Shown here in pieces: positions 1-10,562 of a stretch of 48,261 nt of DNA. The stretch covers positions 1 through 48,261 of the forward strand of contig JBGTDZ010000034.1 of the NCBI GenBank assembly GCA_041748055.1, written 5' to 3'. The position numbers and the translations under genes were made by a program. The notes under the pieces were generated by a model, which saw only the letters and a program-made list of their open reading frames with translations, made no database searches and was not told the DNA's origin. Position 1 is the first letter of the stretch. Every line of letters starts with the position of its first letter. Origin of the DNA: Aquaticitalea sp. GTDB taxonomy: Bacteria > Bacteroidota > Bacteroidia > Flavobacteriales > Flavobacteriaceae.

Positions 1-333
1 GGACGATTGCACAATAAAGTCAATTTGATGAATGAGTTGACTAAAGTCAAACGTGTCATGCAAAAAGTGGTTGACGATGCGCCTCATGATGTACTTTTGG
101 TGTTAGACGGTTCTACTGGGCAAAATGCTTTCGAACAAGCAAAGCAATTCACTGCAGCTACAGAAGTAACGTCTTTGGCTGTTACCAAACTAGACGGTAC
201 TGCAAAAGGTGGTGTAGTTATTGGGATTTCCGATCAATTCCAGATTCCTGTCAAATACATCGGCGTTGGTGAAGGCATTGATGATCTTCAGGTGTTCAAT
301 AAGTTGGAGTTTGTCGATTCTTTCTTCAAGTAA
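1..333 (+). CDS. ftsY: Signal recognition particle receptor FtsY, C-terminal part (begins before the window)
   Basis: SRP GTPase motifs DGSTGQNA, TKLDGTAKGG and YIGVGE..DL; reading frame is open from position 1. Confidence 0.95.
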   Translation, partial: GRLHNKVNLMNELTKVKRVMQKVVDDAPHDVLLVLDGSTGQNAFEQAKQFTAATEVTSLAVTKLDGTAKGGVVIGISDQFQIPVKYIGVGEGIDDLQVFNKLEFVDSFFK

Positions 334-391
334 ATTTCTATTTAATTATTGAATAAAATGATTTATCAGTATTTTTATAAAAACACTGAAC

Positions 392-2059
392 ATGAAATCC
401 TTCCTATTCTTTTTTGCATTCTTGTGTGTCTTCTGCTGTAAAAATTCGGCTGACAAAAGTAAATCGGAGAATCCTCAAAATCCTGCCACTGAAATTCAGG
501 CAGATTCTACCGAAATGAGTGCAATTTCCACAAAAGACTTTAGAGACTTTAAAGTTCTTGATTCAAAACATATTGATAATTCTGCACTATGGGATGCTTT
601 CAATAAAGACTTGGAAGATTTTACCGCATCGAATTACGTTGCTTTAAAACCCATTGTCTTGGAAAAAGATATCCTTTCCCTTCAAAAATCGATTAATGAA
701 GGTAAGCTGTCCTATGAAAAACTCACTAAGTTTTATCTCTATCGCATCAGAAAGTTCGACAGGGAAAATGAGTTGTCATTGAATTCAGTCATTGCGTTAA
801 ATCCAAATGTGATTGCTGAATCCAAACAAAAAGATATAGAATTAAAGAACAAAAAATTAAAGCACGCCATCTTTGGAATTCCAATTCTTTTAAAAGACAA
901 TATTGATGCATCCGGAATGCCAACGACTGCAGGCTCCATTGCATTGAAAGATAACACAACGGATGATGCATTTATAGTTGCCCAGCTTAAGGATAGGGGT
1001 GCACTTATTTTGGGGAAAGCCAACTTGAGCGAATGGGCATATTTCTTTTGTGGCGATTGCCCAAGTGGTTATAGTGCCATTGGTGGGCAAACGTTAAACC
1101 CTTACGGCCGAAAGGTTATTGATACAGGTGGTTCTAGCTCAGGAAGTGCGGTTGCTGTGGCTGCAAATTTTTGTGCGGCTGCAATAGGAAGCGAAACGGC
1201 GGGATCCATATTGTCGCCAGCCAGTCAGAATTCGGCAGTTGGGTTAAAGCCTACTGTTGGTTTGTTAAGCCGAAGTGGCATTGTGCCTATTTCTTCAACA
1301 TTGGATACTCCCGGACCAATAACGAAAAATGTGATGGACACAGCAATCTTAATGGATGCATTGTTTGGAGAAGATACAACTGACGGTAAATCCATTTATG
1401 CAATTTGGGAAAGTGGCTTTTATACAGAAAACATCAAGATTGAAAGCTTAAAAGGAATTCGTTTTGGTGCCTTTAAGCGTTTGATGGAAGATTCGTTATA
1501 TCTTGCTGCAATTCAAGATTTAAAAAATCAAGGTGCCACAATTGTGAAAATTGAAGAGGAAAAAATTGACTTACCAAATTTCTTAAGATTACTCAATCTA
1601 GACATGAAGAAAGACCTTCCTGTTTATTTTTCAAATTTTGGAAACAAGAATCTGAACTTAACATCAATTGAAGATTTGATTGCATACAATTCCCTAGATT
1701 CTCTGAATACCATGCCATATGGTCAAAAATTGTTTGAAGGAATTGCTGCTGATTCAGCCTCTGACGAAGAATTTGCGAAGATTAAAAATACGCTGAAGAC
1801 CAATGGGCAGTTATTTTTTGATATTCCTATGAAAGCCCATGAATTGGATGGGTTCTTGTCTATAAATAACGAACATGCAGGAGAAGCAGCGGTTGCGGAG
1901 TATCCTGCACTTACAGTTCCAATGGGCTATGCGGAAAATGGAGCACCGAAAGGATTGACATTTATAGCAGTTCGCTTACAGGAAAAACTGCTCTTGCAAT
2001 GGGCCTATGCTTATGAACAAGCTTCAAAAAAGAGAATCGCTCCGAGCAACTATTATTAA
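392..2059 (+). CDS. Amidase-signature family protein, probable lipoprotein
   Basis: KDNID, GGSSSGS and GSET.GSI..PA motifs; N-terminal signal peptide with Cys. Confidence 0.9.
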   Translation: MKSFLFFFAFLCVFCCKNSADKSKSENPQNPATEIQADSTEMSAISTKDFRDFKVLDSKHIDNSALWDAFNKDLEDFTASNYVALKPIVLEKDILSLQKSINEGKLSYEKLTKFYLYRIRKFDRENELSLNSVIALNPNVIAESKQKDIELKNKKLKHAIFGIPILLKDNIDASGMPTTAGSIALKDNTTDDAFIVAQLKDRGALILGKANLSEWAYFFCGDCPSGYSAIGGQTLNPYGRKVIDTGGSSSGSAVAVAANFCAAAIGSETAGSILSPASQNSAVGLKPTVGLLSRSGIVPISSTLDTPGPITKNVMDTAILMDALFGEDTTDGKSIYAIWESGFYTENIKIESLKGIRFGAFKRLMEDSLYLAAIQDLKNQGATIVKIEEEKIDLPNFLRLLNLDMKKDLPVYFSNFGNKNLNLTSIEDLIAYNSLDSLNTMPYGQKLFEGIAADSASDEEFAKIKNTLKTNGQLFFDIPMKAHELDGFLSINNEHAGEAAVAEYPALTVPMGYAENGAPKGLTFIAVRLQEKLLLQWAYAYEQASKKRIAPSNYY

Positions 2060-3144
2060 TTGGTTAGCGTATTGATTTTTTGCCATAATTCATCATCAAA
2101 TCCGGATAAAGCGAAGGTTGGATTTTCTGGATTTGCGACTTCTCCCATTCGTATGATTACCAAATTTTTGCTAGGTAATATATAAATCTTCTGGTCGTTC
2201 TTTCCCATTGCTGCAAACATATCAGCAGGTGCATTTGGAACTAATTCACCTTGAAGTTCTAATTGAAAGCCCGGTAATTTGTAAGAGGATTTCCCATTCA
2301 ACCACCATAGATATCCATAAGCCTCATTAAGGTTTTGTGAAGTGCTGGAAGATGCATTGATGTAATTTTCACTTACTATTTGAGTCTCGTCCCATTTGCC
2401 TTTGGCGTATACCATCAATCCAAAACGGGCCATACTTCGGGTTGTACTCCAATACACACTTAGATCATCCAATGGCAGCCATGCACCTGTCATCCCAATG
2501 CGATCCCTCAACTTTGTATTGAAATAGTTGTTCCAAGTTTGATTGCTAGCTTCGGCCACCACATCTTGCATTTTTACATAGACATTATGATATGCCCAAC
2601 GATTACCTGCATCGGCAAGGTATTGCAAATTTGCAGGCGATACGTCATCACCTAACGAATCATCCAAACCAGAAGTCATTGACAACAGATTTTTACATGT
2701 GATCAGCTGCTCTTTTTCCAATGGGGCGCTCGTCCAGCCTGTGCCTAAATAATTGGAAACAGGGTTGTCTATTGTAATCAAACCTTCTTCTTGCGCAATG
2801 CCAGACACAGTTGCAGTCAAGGTCTTACCAGCGCTTGCCCAATACCATGGTGTGGTTACGGTATGCTCGTTCAAGTAACTTTCCACAACAATTTTCCCGT
2901 TGTGAAGGATGATGAAACCTTTGGTGTTTTTTTCTTCCAAATAATCCAAAAGCGGTTGTAGTTGGCTCTCATTCCACCCTAATTCGGAAATTGTTTTTGT
3001 TTCCCATGTATTGGAACCGATCGGCGGAAAATAAATCTGCATTTCTTCCAAGGTTTGGTCAATGGGAGTATTAGAATCGTCCGAAGTACAAGTCAAAAGA
3101 CTTAAAAACAGTAACATCAAAAGGGTGATTTGAAGCGTTTTCAT
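2056..3144 (-). CDS. Serine hydrolase, beta-lactamase class C / peptidase S12-like lipoprotein
   Basis: SAGK (SxxK), YHN, LLSMTSGL and YGYLWW motifs; lipobox LLTC. Confidence 0.85.
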   Translation of the reverse strand: MKTLQITLLMLLFLSLLTCTSDDSNTPIDQTLEEMQIYFPPIGSNTWETKTISELGWNESQLQPLLDYLEEKNTKGFIILHNGKIVVESYLNEHTVTTPWYWASAGKTLTATVSGIAQEEGLITIDNPVSNYLGTGWTSAPLEKEQLITCKNLLSMTSGLDDSLGDDVSPANLQYLADAGNRWAYHNVYVKMQDVVAEASNQTWNNYFNTKLRDRIGMTGAWLPLDDLSVYWSTTRSMARFGLMVYAKGKWDETQIVSENYINASSSTSQNLNEAYGYLWWLNGKSSYKLPGFQLELQGELVPNAPADMFAAMGKNDQKIYILPSKNLVIIRMGEVANPENPTFALSGFDDELWQKINTLTN

Positions 3145-3228
3145 ATTAAAATTTTTTGGTGTAAGACTCTAAAAATCAGTAATGGTTTAAAGTTTCAATT
3201 GCTAAAACGAAAATAAACAATGATTGTG

Positions 3229-3236
3229 TATCTTTG
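3229..3236 (+). promoter_or_regulatory. Bacteroidota -7 promoter element upstream of rimO
   Basis: TATCTTTG matches TAnnTTTG, 19 nt before the ATG. Confidence 0.6.
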
Positions 3237-3254
3237 CACACTTAATTTTTTGGT

Positions 3255-4562
3255 ATGAGAACGAAATCCCTTAAGAAAAACCGCATTAATGTCATCACCT
3301 TGGGCTGTAGCAAGAATGTGTACGACAGTGAGCTGCTGATGGGCCAGTTGAAAGCCAGTGGCAAGGATGTGGTTCATGAAGAAGAAGGCAATATTGTAGT
3401 GATCAATACCTGTGGTTTTATCAATAATGCGAAAGAAGAAAGCATTAACACCATTTTGGAGTTTATGCAGAAGAAAGAAAATGGCGAAGTGGATAAGGTT
3501 TTCGTAACCGGTTGTTTGAGTGAACGTTACAAACCAGATTTACAGAAGGAAATACCCAATGTAGACCAATATTTCGGCACAACGGAACTTCCCGCATTGT
3601 TAAAAGCCCTTGGTGCAGACTATAAACATGAATTGATTGGTGAAAGATTGACCACCACACCAAAAAATTACGCCTATCTAAAGATTGCGGAAGGTTGCGA
3701 CAGGCCTTGCAGTTTTTGTGCGATTCCTTTGATGCGTGGGAAACATAAATCGACACCCATTGAGGAGATTATCATTGAGGCAGAGAAATTGGCCACCAAT
3801 GGTGTGAAAGAATTGGTATTGATTGCACAGGATTTGACCTATTATGGGTTGGATTTGTATAAAAAACGCAACCTTGCCGAGCTGCTTGAAGCCTTGGTGA
3901 AGGTGGATGGCATTGAGTGGATCCGTTTGCATTACGCGTTCCCAACGGGTTTCCCAATGGATGTGCTGGATGTGATGAACCGTGAACCTAAAATCTGTAA
4001 TTATCTTGATATCCCGTTGCAACATATCAGTGATTCCATCTTGAAGAGTATGCGACGTGGCACCACAAAGGAAAAAACCACGAAGTTGTTGAAGGAATTC
4101 AGGAAGACGGTTCCAAATATGACCATTAGAACTACTTTAATTGTTGGCTATCCTGGGGAAACCGAGGAAGATTACCAAACATTGAAAACTTGGGTTGTAG
4201 AGATGCGTTTTGAGCGTTTGGGTTGTTTTACCTATTCGCATGAGGAGAATACACACGCTTATAATTTAGTGGACGATGTACCTGAAGAAGTCAAACAAGC
4301 ACGAGCTAACGAAATCATGGAAATCCAATCCCAAATCTCTTGGGAATTGAATCAAGAAAAGATTGGTCAGACTTTTAAGGTTGTCATTGATCGCAAAGAA
4401 GGCCATTATTTTGTGGGACGCACGGAGTTTGATTCGCCAGATGTGGATAACGAGGTGTTGATTGATGCCACAAAATGTTATTTAAAAACAGGTGAATTTA
4501 CAACCGTCACGATTACCGATGCGGCAGATTTTGACCTTTACGGGGAAGTGGTTGTTGATTAA
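3255..4562 (+). CDS. rimO: Ribosomal protein S12 methylthiotransferase RimO
   Basis: LGCSKN N-terminus, radical SAM CDRPCSFC, C-terminal TRAM domain (DSPDVD). Confidence 0.95.
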   Translation: MRTKSLKKNRINVITLGCSKNVYDSELLMGQLKASGKDVVHEEEGNIVVINTCGFINNAKEESINTILEFMQKKENGEVDKVFVTGCLSERYKPDLQKEIPNVDQYFGTTELPALLKALGADYKHELIGERLTTTPKNYAYLKIAEGCDRPCSFCAIPLMRGKHKSTPIEEIIIEAEKLATNGVKELVLIAQDLTYYGLDLYKKRNLAELLEALVKVDGIEWIRLHYAFPTGFPMDVLDVMNREPKICNYLDIPLQHISDSILKSMRRGTTKEKTTKLLKEFRKTVPNMTIRTTLIVGYPGETEEDYQTLKTWVVEMRFERLGCFTYSHEENTHAYNLVDDVPEEVKQARANEIMEIQSQISWELNQEKIGQTFKVVIDRKEGHYFVGRTEFDSPDVDNEVLIDATKCYLKTGEFTTVTITDAADFDLYGEVVVD

Positions 4563-4603
4563 TTTTTTTATTCTTCTTTATAAATCTTAAAAAAATAGAT
4601 TGT

Positions 4604-7096
4604 TTAAAGTTCAAAACTATTATTGTTCACAAAAAAGACCGCATTCACCAAGAAAAGTTTGCCGTTTTCCCAAAAGCTTCTAAACAAGGTATTATCTACC
4701 ATGTAAACCATACTTCCATCTCCAATACGTTCCTCCCCAAAGAGCAGCGAATTGCCCAATTGCTTTACTGCCTCACTTCCCGCAAAACCGGATACTGGTT
4801 TTGGATTTTCTCCCAACCAAGCAATGTTGTATCCATTTTCCAATAAGCTGTAAGATTCACTTCCCTGTTTTAAAGTAAAATATGTATCCTTGTAACCAAA
4901 TGCCATAGGATGTGTGACGTCAACATTGCTCTTGAAAATAGCACCAATGATAAATTCCTTTGCAGATTCCCGTTCCCGATTGGCATAAGGGATGAGCTTG
5001 TTTTTTACTTTTGTACTATCTTGGGGTTTGTTGCGCTTTAGACCAAATCCTTCTTTATCGACAAACGCATTGAGTGCGCCATCGATGGCTATAACTTTAC
5101 CGCCCTTACTAACCCAGCTTTTAAGTGTTTTTAAAGTTTCCTCATCAAAATATTTTGAATAATTTCCATTCGGAATAATAATGACATCGTATCGATCTAA
5201 ATTGCTGTTTTTAAAATCATTGGTATTGATGGACGTTACTGGGTAATGCAACTGTTGCTCAAAGAAATGCCAAACCTGACCATAGCTTAACGAAGAAGTG
5301 AATTGTCCCGAAAGCACTGCAACTTTTGGCTTTCTGACCAATTTTACATCTGGTGAACCAAAGTCGGGACCAGAGTTGGAAAAGCCACTGGCTGTGGCGA
5401 TTAAAATACGCTGGTATTTATTCGCCGTCTCAATCAACTTGTCATCAAAATTTTCGATTTTTGGATTATCTCCCCGAGTAATGATCAATGCGCCTTTATC
5501 ATAGTTTTTTTCTGGTGCTTTCGTGGTAAAGGACTTTTCGGAAAAACGGATTTTAATATTCTGTTTCAAAAGATCGGCAAGAAATTCGGCATCTTTCATA
5601 TGATCCCATTTGGTTATATAACCCGTTGCATTTGCATCTTTGACATTCAAAACAGGTGAAATACCTTTAACGGTCGGAGAAACTATTTTAGTGGTTACCA
5701 TGGCATCCAATCCATATGCATACGGAAGACTCCATGCAGTAATGTCATAAGTCAATGAATCCACCAATTTGGTCTGTGGTTCAAAAAGCACTTTTACCAT
5801 TTTTCCTTTTGGCTGATTCGTGCTCACTACCAAATCTGCTGAAGTCGTTTTCATATTGCCATCTTTACTAGAGGAATAGTTGTAACCGCTCACTTTTCCA
5901 TCGGACGAATTACCATATTTGATTTGGTGTTTGTCCAACAATTCTTTCAATGATTGAATCTTATCAGCATTGCCATGCAGTACATAGCTTTTTTCCTTTA
6001 AATTGGTTGTGGTATCAAAGAACTTTTTGAATTCTGTATTCAGTTTTTCAGCATTTTTTGAGGCGATTTCTACAGTGGACAATCCTGTGGTAGTGTGATG
6101 TGCCACTCGATCCACCAACGTCAGAACGATTCCTTCATCATTAAGTACTCCCAAACCTCCTTGTCCAGCTTGCTCATAAGTCATTCCAATGGCTCCCAAA
6201 TAGGTTGGATAAGTATCGCCATAGCTTGGGTAGAGTAAATCAAAACGCTCGCGAGTAAAGTACAACCAACCATTGGCATCAAAATAGCGCGCGTGGTTTA
6301 CACCAATTTGTGTCTGAAAATCACGTTGCCAATCTGTGATGATTTCATGGAACGGTTCGGCTGCCGGTGCAAAATAGTAAGGTTCGTTCATCCCTTGTTC
6401 GTGAAAATCAACATGGATGTGTGGCAACCATTGGTTGTACATTTTTAATCTGGCTTGTGATTCAATCTGTGTTACCCAAGCCCAATCTCTATTTAGGTCA
6501 AAAAGGTAATGGTTGGCACGACCGTAAGGCCAGGTTTCCATAGTTTCATTGGCTTGTTGGTCGGTGTCGTAAGGGCTACTTGCCGTTTCATTGTACCAAT
6601 TGACGTATCGGTCACGTCCATCAGGATTTAAACAAGGGTCGATAATGACCAAGGTGTTCTTGAGCCACTCCTGTTTTTGAGTTAGCAGTTCGTAAATCGT
6701 CTTCATGGAAGCTTCGGTACTAGATGCTTCATTACCATGTACATTGTAACTCAACCAAACGATGGCAACCTCGTTGGATTCAGAATTTCCTTCCACGACT
6801 CCAGCATTTTTTAGATTGATCTCTCTGATGGTTTCAATATTTTTAATATTCTCCGCTGAAGAAATATAAGCTAGATAAAGTGGACGGCGCTCATAAGTTT
6901 CACCATATTGCACCAGTTTGACTTGACCTGGAATTTCTGAAGCCACTTTTTTATAATAATCCACCACTTGATGGTGTCTGGAAAATTGTGTGCCCAACTC
7001 ATAGCCCAAAAAATCTTTTGGTGAAGAGATTTGTTGGGCAAACGAAATAGATATTGAAATAAAGAAAACGAACAGAAAAGCGGTTAGTTTATGCAT
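4604..7096 (-). CDS. M14 family zinc carboxypeptidase, secreted
   Basis: HGNE, NPDG, DLNRDW and DFHE motifs; signal peptide; C-terminal class I glutamine amidotransferase-like region. Confidence 0.88.
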   Translation of the reverse strand: MHKLTAFLFVFFISISISFAQQISSPKDFLGYELGTQFSRHHQVVDYYKKVASEIPGQVKLVQYGETYERRPLYLAYISSAENIKNIETIREINLKNAGVVEGNSESNEVAIVWLSYNVHGNEASSTEASMKTIYELLTQKQEWLKNTLVIIDPCLNPDGRDRYVNWYNETASSPYDTDQQANETMETWPYGRANHYLFDLNRDWAWVTQIESQARLKMYNQWLPHIHVDFHEQGMNEPYYFAPAAEPFHEIITDWQRDFQTQIGVNHARYFDANGWLYFTRERFDLLYPSYGDTYPTYLGAIGMTYEQAGQGGLGVLNDEGIVLTLVDRVAHHTTTGLSTVEIASKNAEKLNTEFKKFFDTTTNLKEKSYVLHGNADKIQSLKELLDKHQIKYGNSSDGKVSGYNYSSSKDGNMKTTSADLVVSTNQPKGKMVKVLFEPQTKLVDSLTYDITAWSLPYAYGLDAMVTTKIVSPTVKGISPVLNVKDANATGYITKWDHMKDAEFLADLLKQNIKIRFSEKSFTTKAPEKNYDKGALIITRGDNPKIENFDDKLIETANKYQRILIATASGFSNSGPDFGSPDVKLVRKPKVAVLSGQFTSSLSYGQVWHFFEQQLHYPVTSINTNDFKNSNLDRYDVIIIPNGNYSKYFDEETLKTLKSWVSKGGKVIAIDGALNAFVDKEGFGLKRNKPQDSTKVKNKLIPYANRERESAKEFIIGAIFKSNVDVTHPMAFGYKDTYFTLKQGSESYSLLENGYNIAWLGENPKPVSGFAGSEAVKQLGNSLLFGEERIGDGSMVYMVDNTLFRSFWENGKLFLVNAVFFVNNNSFEL

Positions 7097-7214
7097 GGAT
7101 TAAATTTGAATGAATTTTATAAAAGTAAAGATAATTACCAAAATGGAATTAACTAAAATTTAGTATACAAAAATGTTAAGAATAGTATCTTTACAATTGT
7201 ATTGATTGTCCACT

Positions 7215-8816
7215 ATGCCAACAGAGTATATTCCGTTTAGAAATACCAATTATTTTTCATCTCTTATCTGTGATTATTTGGATGAAAAGGAACATTTAAG
7301 GCCTTTCTATCATCGCTTTCCAACCTTGGAGAATTTCAAATCCCAAATCGAAGAAAAACAAAGGTCTTTTCACGACGAGTCGCGAAGTACTTTGGTAAAA
7401 TCGTTAATGAAGCAATATGGTGGATTGAGCATTTCATCTGCCACCCTTACCAACATTGATTTGCTTAAGGAAACCAATACATTTACTGTGACCACGGGAC
7501 ATCAGTTGAACCTCTTCACTGGCCCCTTATATTTTTTTTATAAAATCATTTCCACAATCAACCTCTGCAAGGAATTAAAAGCTAACTATCCCGAGTACAA
7601 CTTTGTACCAATTTATTGGATGGCATCGGAAGACCATGATTTTGACGAAATCAATTATTTCAACTTTAAAGGGAAGAAAGTACAGTGGAACCGAGAAACT
7701 TCGGGAGCCGTTGGCGAACTGGATTTGCAAGGCTTGAATCAGGTTTTTGAAGTTTTTTCATTGCAGTTGGATAAGAGCAGCAATGCGGAAGCCTTGAAAC
7801 AACTTTACAAAGCGGCATATTTGAAACATGATAATTTGACTGATGCCACACGATATTTGGTGAATGAATTGTTTGGTAACTATGGGCTGGTGATTCTAGA
7901 TGGCAATGATAAGAGTTTGAAGCAATTATTCATTCCTTTTATTGAAAAGGAGTTGGTAGACCAAACGTCATTTAAAGAAGTATCCAAAACGACACAACTG
8001 CTTATTGAACTGTCAACAAACTATAAAACACAAGTACATCCTCGAGAACTTAATCTGTTTTATATCAAAGATAATCTGCGCGGACGCATCCTTGAAACCG
8101 ACGGAACATACCGAATTTTGGACACTGAGATCCGTTGGAACAAAGCCGAATTGCTCAAAGAAGTAAATGATCACCCTGAACGGTTCAGTCCTAATGTGAT
8201 CATGCGACCTTTGTATCAAGAAGTCATTTTGCCAAATCTCTGTTATATTGGTGGTGGAGGTGAGTTGGCCTATTGGTTACAATTAAAAACTAATTTTGAA
8301 ACTTTGAATGTCACCTTTCCAATGTTGTTATTGCGAAATTCTGTCTTGTTGATTACAAAACGCCAAAAAGAAAAGCTTCAAAAAATGAATGTTTCGGTCG
8401 AAGAGTTGTTTTTGAATCAGGAGGATTTAATAACAAAAGTAACCAAAGACATTTCAAAAATCAATATAGATTTTACTCCTCAAAAAGAGCATCTCAAAAA
8501 ACAATTTGAAAATTTATATAAATTGGCCGAACAAACTGACAAGTCCTTTAAAGGCGCTGTGGGAGCACAAGAAACCAAACAAATAAAAGGTCTAGAGAAA
8601 TTGGAACATCGGTTGCTCAAAGCACAAAAGCGAAAATTGGAAGACGTTTTGGCACGCATACGATTGCTTCAGGATGAATTGTTTCCGAGACAGAGCTTAC
8701 AAGAACGCAATATGAATTTTTCAGAATTTTATTTGGAATATGGAGAAGAATTTATATCAAAATTGATGCATCAACTTCAACCGCTGAAAGGGGAGTTTTT
8801 GGTATTGGAAATTTAG
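7215..8816 (+). CDS. bshC: Bacillithiol biosynthesis cysteine-adding enzyme BshC
   Basis: TGHQLNLFTGPLY, WMASEDHDFDEI, FSPNVIMRP, GGGGELAYW and LQER motifs; ATG at 7215 preferred over TTG at 7206. Confidence 0.92.
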   Translation: MPTEYIPFRNTNYFSSLICDYLDEKEHLRPFYHRFPTLENFKSQIEEKQRSFHDESRSTLVKSLMKQYGGLSISSATLTNIDLLKETNTFTVTTGHQLNLFTGPLYFFYKIISTINLCKELKANYPEYNFVPIYWMASEDHDFDEINYFNFKGKKVQWNRETSGAVGELDLQGLNQVFEVFSLQLDKSSNAEALKQLYKAAYLKHDNLTDATRYLVNELFGNYGLVILDGNDKSLKQLFIPFIEKELVDQTSFKEVSKTTQLLIELSTNYKTQVHPRELNLFYIKDNLRGRILETDGTYRILDTEIRWNKAELLKEVNDHPERFSPNVIMRPLYQEVILPNLCYIGGGGELAYWLQLKTNFETLNVTFPMLLLRNSVLLITKRQKEKLQKMNVSVEELFLNQEDLITKVTKDISKINIDFTPQKEHLKKQFENLYKLAEQTDKSFKGAVGAQETKQIKGLEKLEHRLLKAQKRKLEDVLARIRLLQDELFPRQSLQERNMNFSEFYLEYGEEFISKLMHQLQPLKGEFLVLEI

Positions 8817-8961
8817 TTTCAGTCGCAGTTTCATGCCACAGTAATTAATACTTCTGATTGTAATCCTATAGGGTAAAATTAATAGCATTGGTCTAAATTT
8901 TCATTCATCAATTCGTGGCAAAAAAATTTCCAATCCACAATCGTAATTCCTAAATCATTCC

Positions 8962-8969
8962 TATTTTTG
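8962..8969 (+). promoter_or_regulatory. Possible -7 promoter element upstream of guaA
   Basis: TATTTTTG matches TAnnTTTG immediately before the start. Confidence 0.45.
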
Positions 8970-8972
8970 CAC

Positions 8973-10508
8973 ATGCATCACAACAAAGTCCTTATTTTAG
9001 ATTTCGGGTCGCAATACACGCAACTCATTGCACGAAGAGTCCGAGAGCTCAACATTTATTGCGAAATCCATCCTTACAATAAAATCCCAACCGACATCGA
9101 TAGTTTTAAAGCCGTTATTTTATCGGGAAGTCCATTTTCTGTAAGAGCTGATAATGCACCACATCCCGATATGACTAATATTAGAGGGAAAAAACCATTG
9201 CTGGCAGTTTGTTATGGTGCGCAATATTTGGCGCATTTTTCCGGTGGGAAAGTGGAGGCTTCGAATTCAAGGGAATATGGACGGGCGAATTTATCCTATG
9301 TCAAAGTAAAAGAACCTTTGTTCAATCATATCGATGCAGGTAGCCAAGTATGGATGAGCCACAGTGACACAATTAAGGATTTACCTGCAAACGGAATTCT
9401 CATTGCCAGTACCAAGGATGTGGAAAATGCTGCATTTACCATTAAAGGAGAAATGACTTTTGGCCTACAGTTTCATCCCGAAGTATATCATTCAACTGAT
9501 GGGAAACAATTGCTCGAGAATTTTTTGGTGCACATTGCTAAAGTAGAACAGGATTGGACGCCGCAATCATTTGTGGAAGAAACTGTAGACGATTTAAAGC
9601 AAAAAATAGGGAATGATAAAGTTGTTCTTGGATTGTCCGGCGGAGTCGATTCGTCTGTAGCTGCCATTTTATTGCACAAAGCCATTGGGAAAAATCTCTA
9701 TTGCATCTTTGTCAATAACGGTCTGCTACGAATGAATGAATTTGAAAGTGTTCTTAAACAATATGAAGGCATGGGTCTCAATGTGAAAGGTGTCGATGCT
9801 TCGGCACGCTTTTTGGATGCCCTTGCCGGATTGGACGACCCAGAGCAAAAACGTAAAGCGATAGGTCGTGTGTTCATTGAGGTATTTGATGATGAGGCGC
9901 ATCGTATTGAAGATGTCAAATGGTTGGCACAAGGCACTATATATCCCGATGTGATTGAAAGTGTTTCGGCAACTGGAGGTCCTAGTGCAACCATAAAAAG
10001 TCATCACAATGTTGGTGGATTGCCCGATTTTATGAAATTGAAAATTGTAGAACCTTTGAAAGCCTTGTTCAAGGATGAGGTGCGAAGAGTTGGAGCTACT
10101 ATGGGGATGGATCCCAATTTGTTGAGTAGACATCCTTTTCCAGGACCAGGACTGGCCATACGTATTTTGGGTGATATTACAGCAGAAAAAGTTCGTATCT
10201 TACAGGAAGTTGACGCCGTATTCATCAACAATCTTCGTGAATGGAATTTGTACGATAAGGTTTGGCAAGCAGGAGCAATCCTATTGCCCGTAAATAGTGT
10301 AGGGGTAATGGGAGATGAACGGACCTATGAAAAATGCGTCGCATTGCGAGCGGTCGAAAGTACCGATGGGATGACCGCAGATTGGGTAAATTTACCTTAT
10401 GAGTTTTTGCAAAAAACCTCAAATGAAATAATAAATAAAGTAAAAGGCGTTAATAGAGTAGTGTACGACATCAGCTCAAAACCGCCAGCAACCATTGAAT
10501 GGGAATAA
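8973..10508 (+). CDS. guaA: GMP synthase (glutamine-hydrolysing)
   Basis: [31 protein letters not shown] and C-terminal KPPATIEWE. Confidence 0.98.
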   Translation: MHHNKVLILDFGSQYTQLIARRVRELNIYCEIHPYNKIPTDIDSFKAVILSGSPFSVRADNAPHPDMTNIRGKKPLLAVCYGAQYLAHFSGGKVEASNSREYGRANLSYVKVKEPLFNHIDAGSQVWMSHSDTIKDLPANGILIASTKDVENAAFTIKGEMTFGLQFHPEVYHSTDGKQLLENFLVHIAKVEQDWTPQSFVEETVDDLKQKIGNDKVVLGLSGGVDSSVAAILLHKAIGKNLYCIFVNNGLLRMNEFESVLKQYEGMGLNVKGVDASARFLDALAGLDDPEQKRKAIGRVFIEVFDDEAHRIEDVKWLAQGTIYPDVIESVSATGGPSATIKSHHNVGGLPDFMKLKIVEPLKALFKDEVRRVGATMGMDPNLLSRHPFPGPGLAIRILGDITAEKVRILQEVDAVFINNLREWNLYDKVWQAGAILLPVNSVGVMGDERTYEKCVALRAVESTDGMTADWVNLPYEFLQKTSNEIINKVKGVNRVVYDISSKPPATIEWE

Positions 10509-10562
10509 TATATAGTTGGCACTTTGCATCAGCAGTATTCAGTCAATTACAACTAATAAAAT

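Noticed and set aside
2056-3144. Second beta-lactam resistance gene
   Set aside because: An SxxK serine hydrolase of the broad esterase/peptidase family in core context; the sequence does not support beta-lactamase activity.
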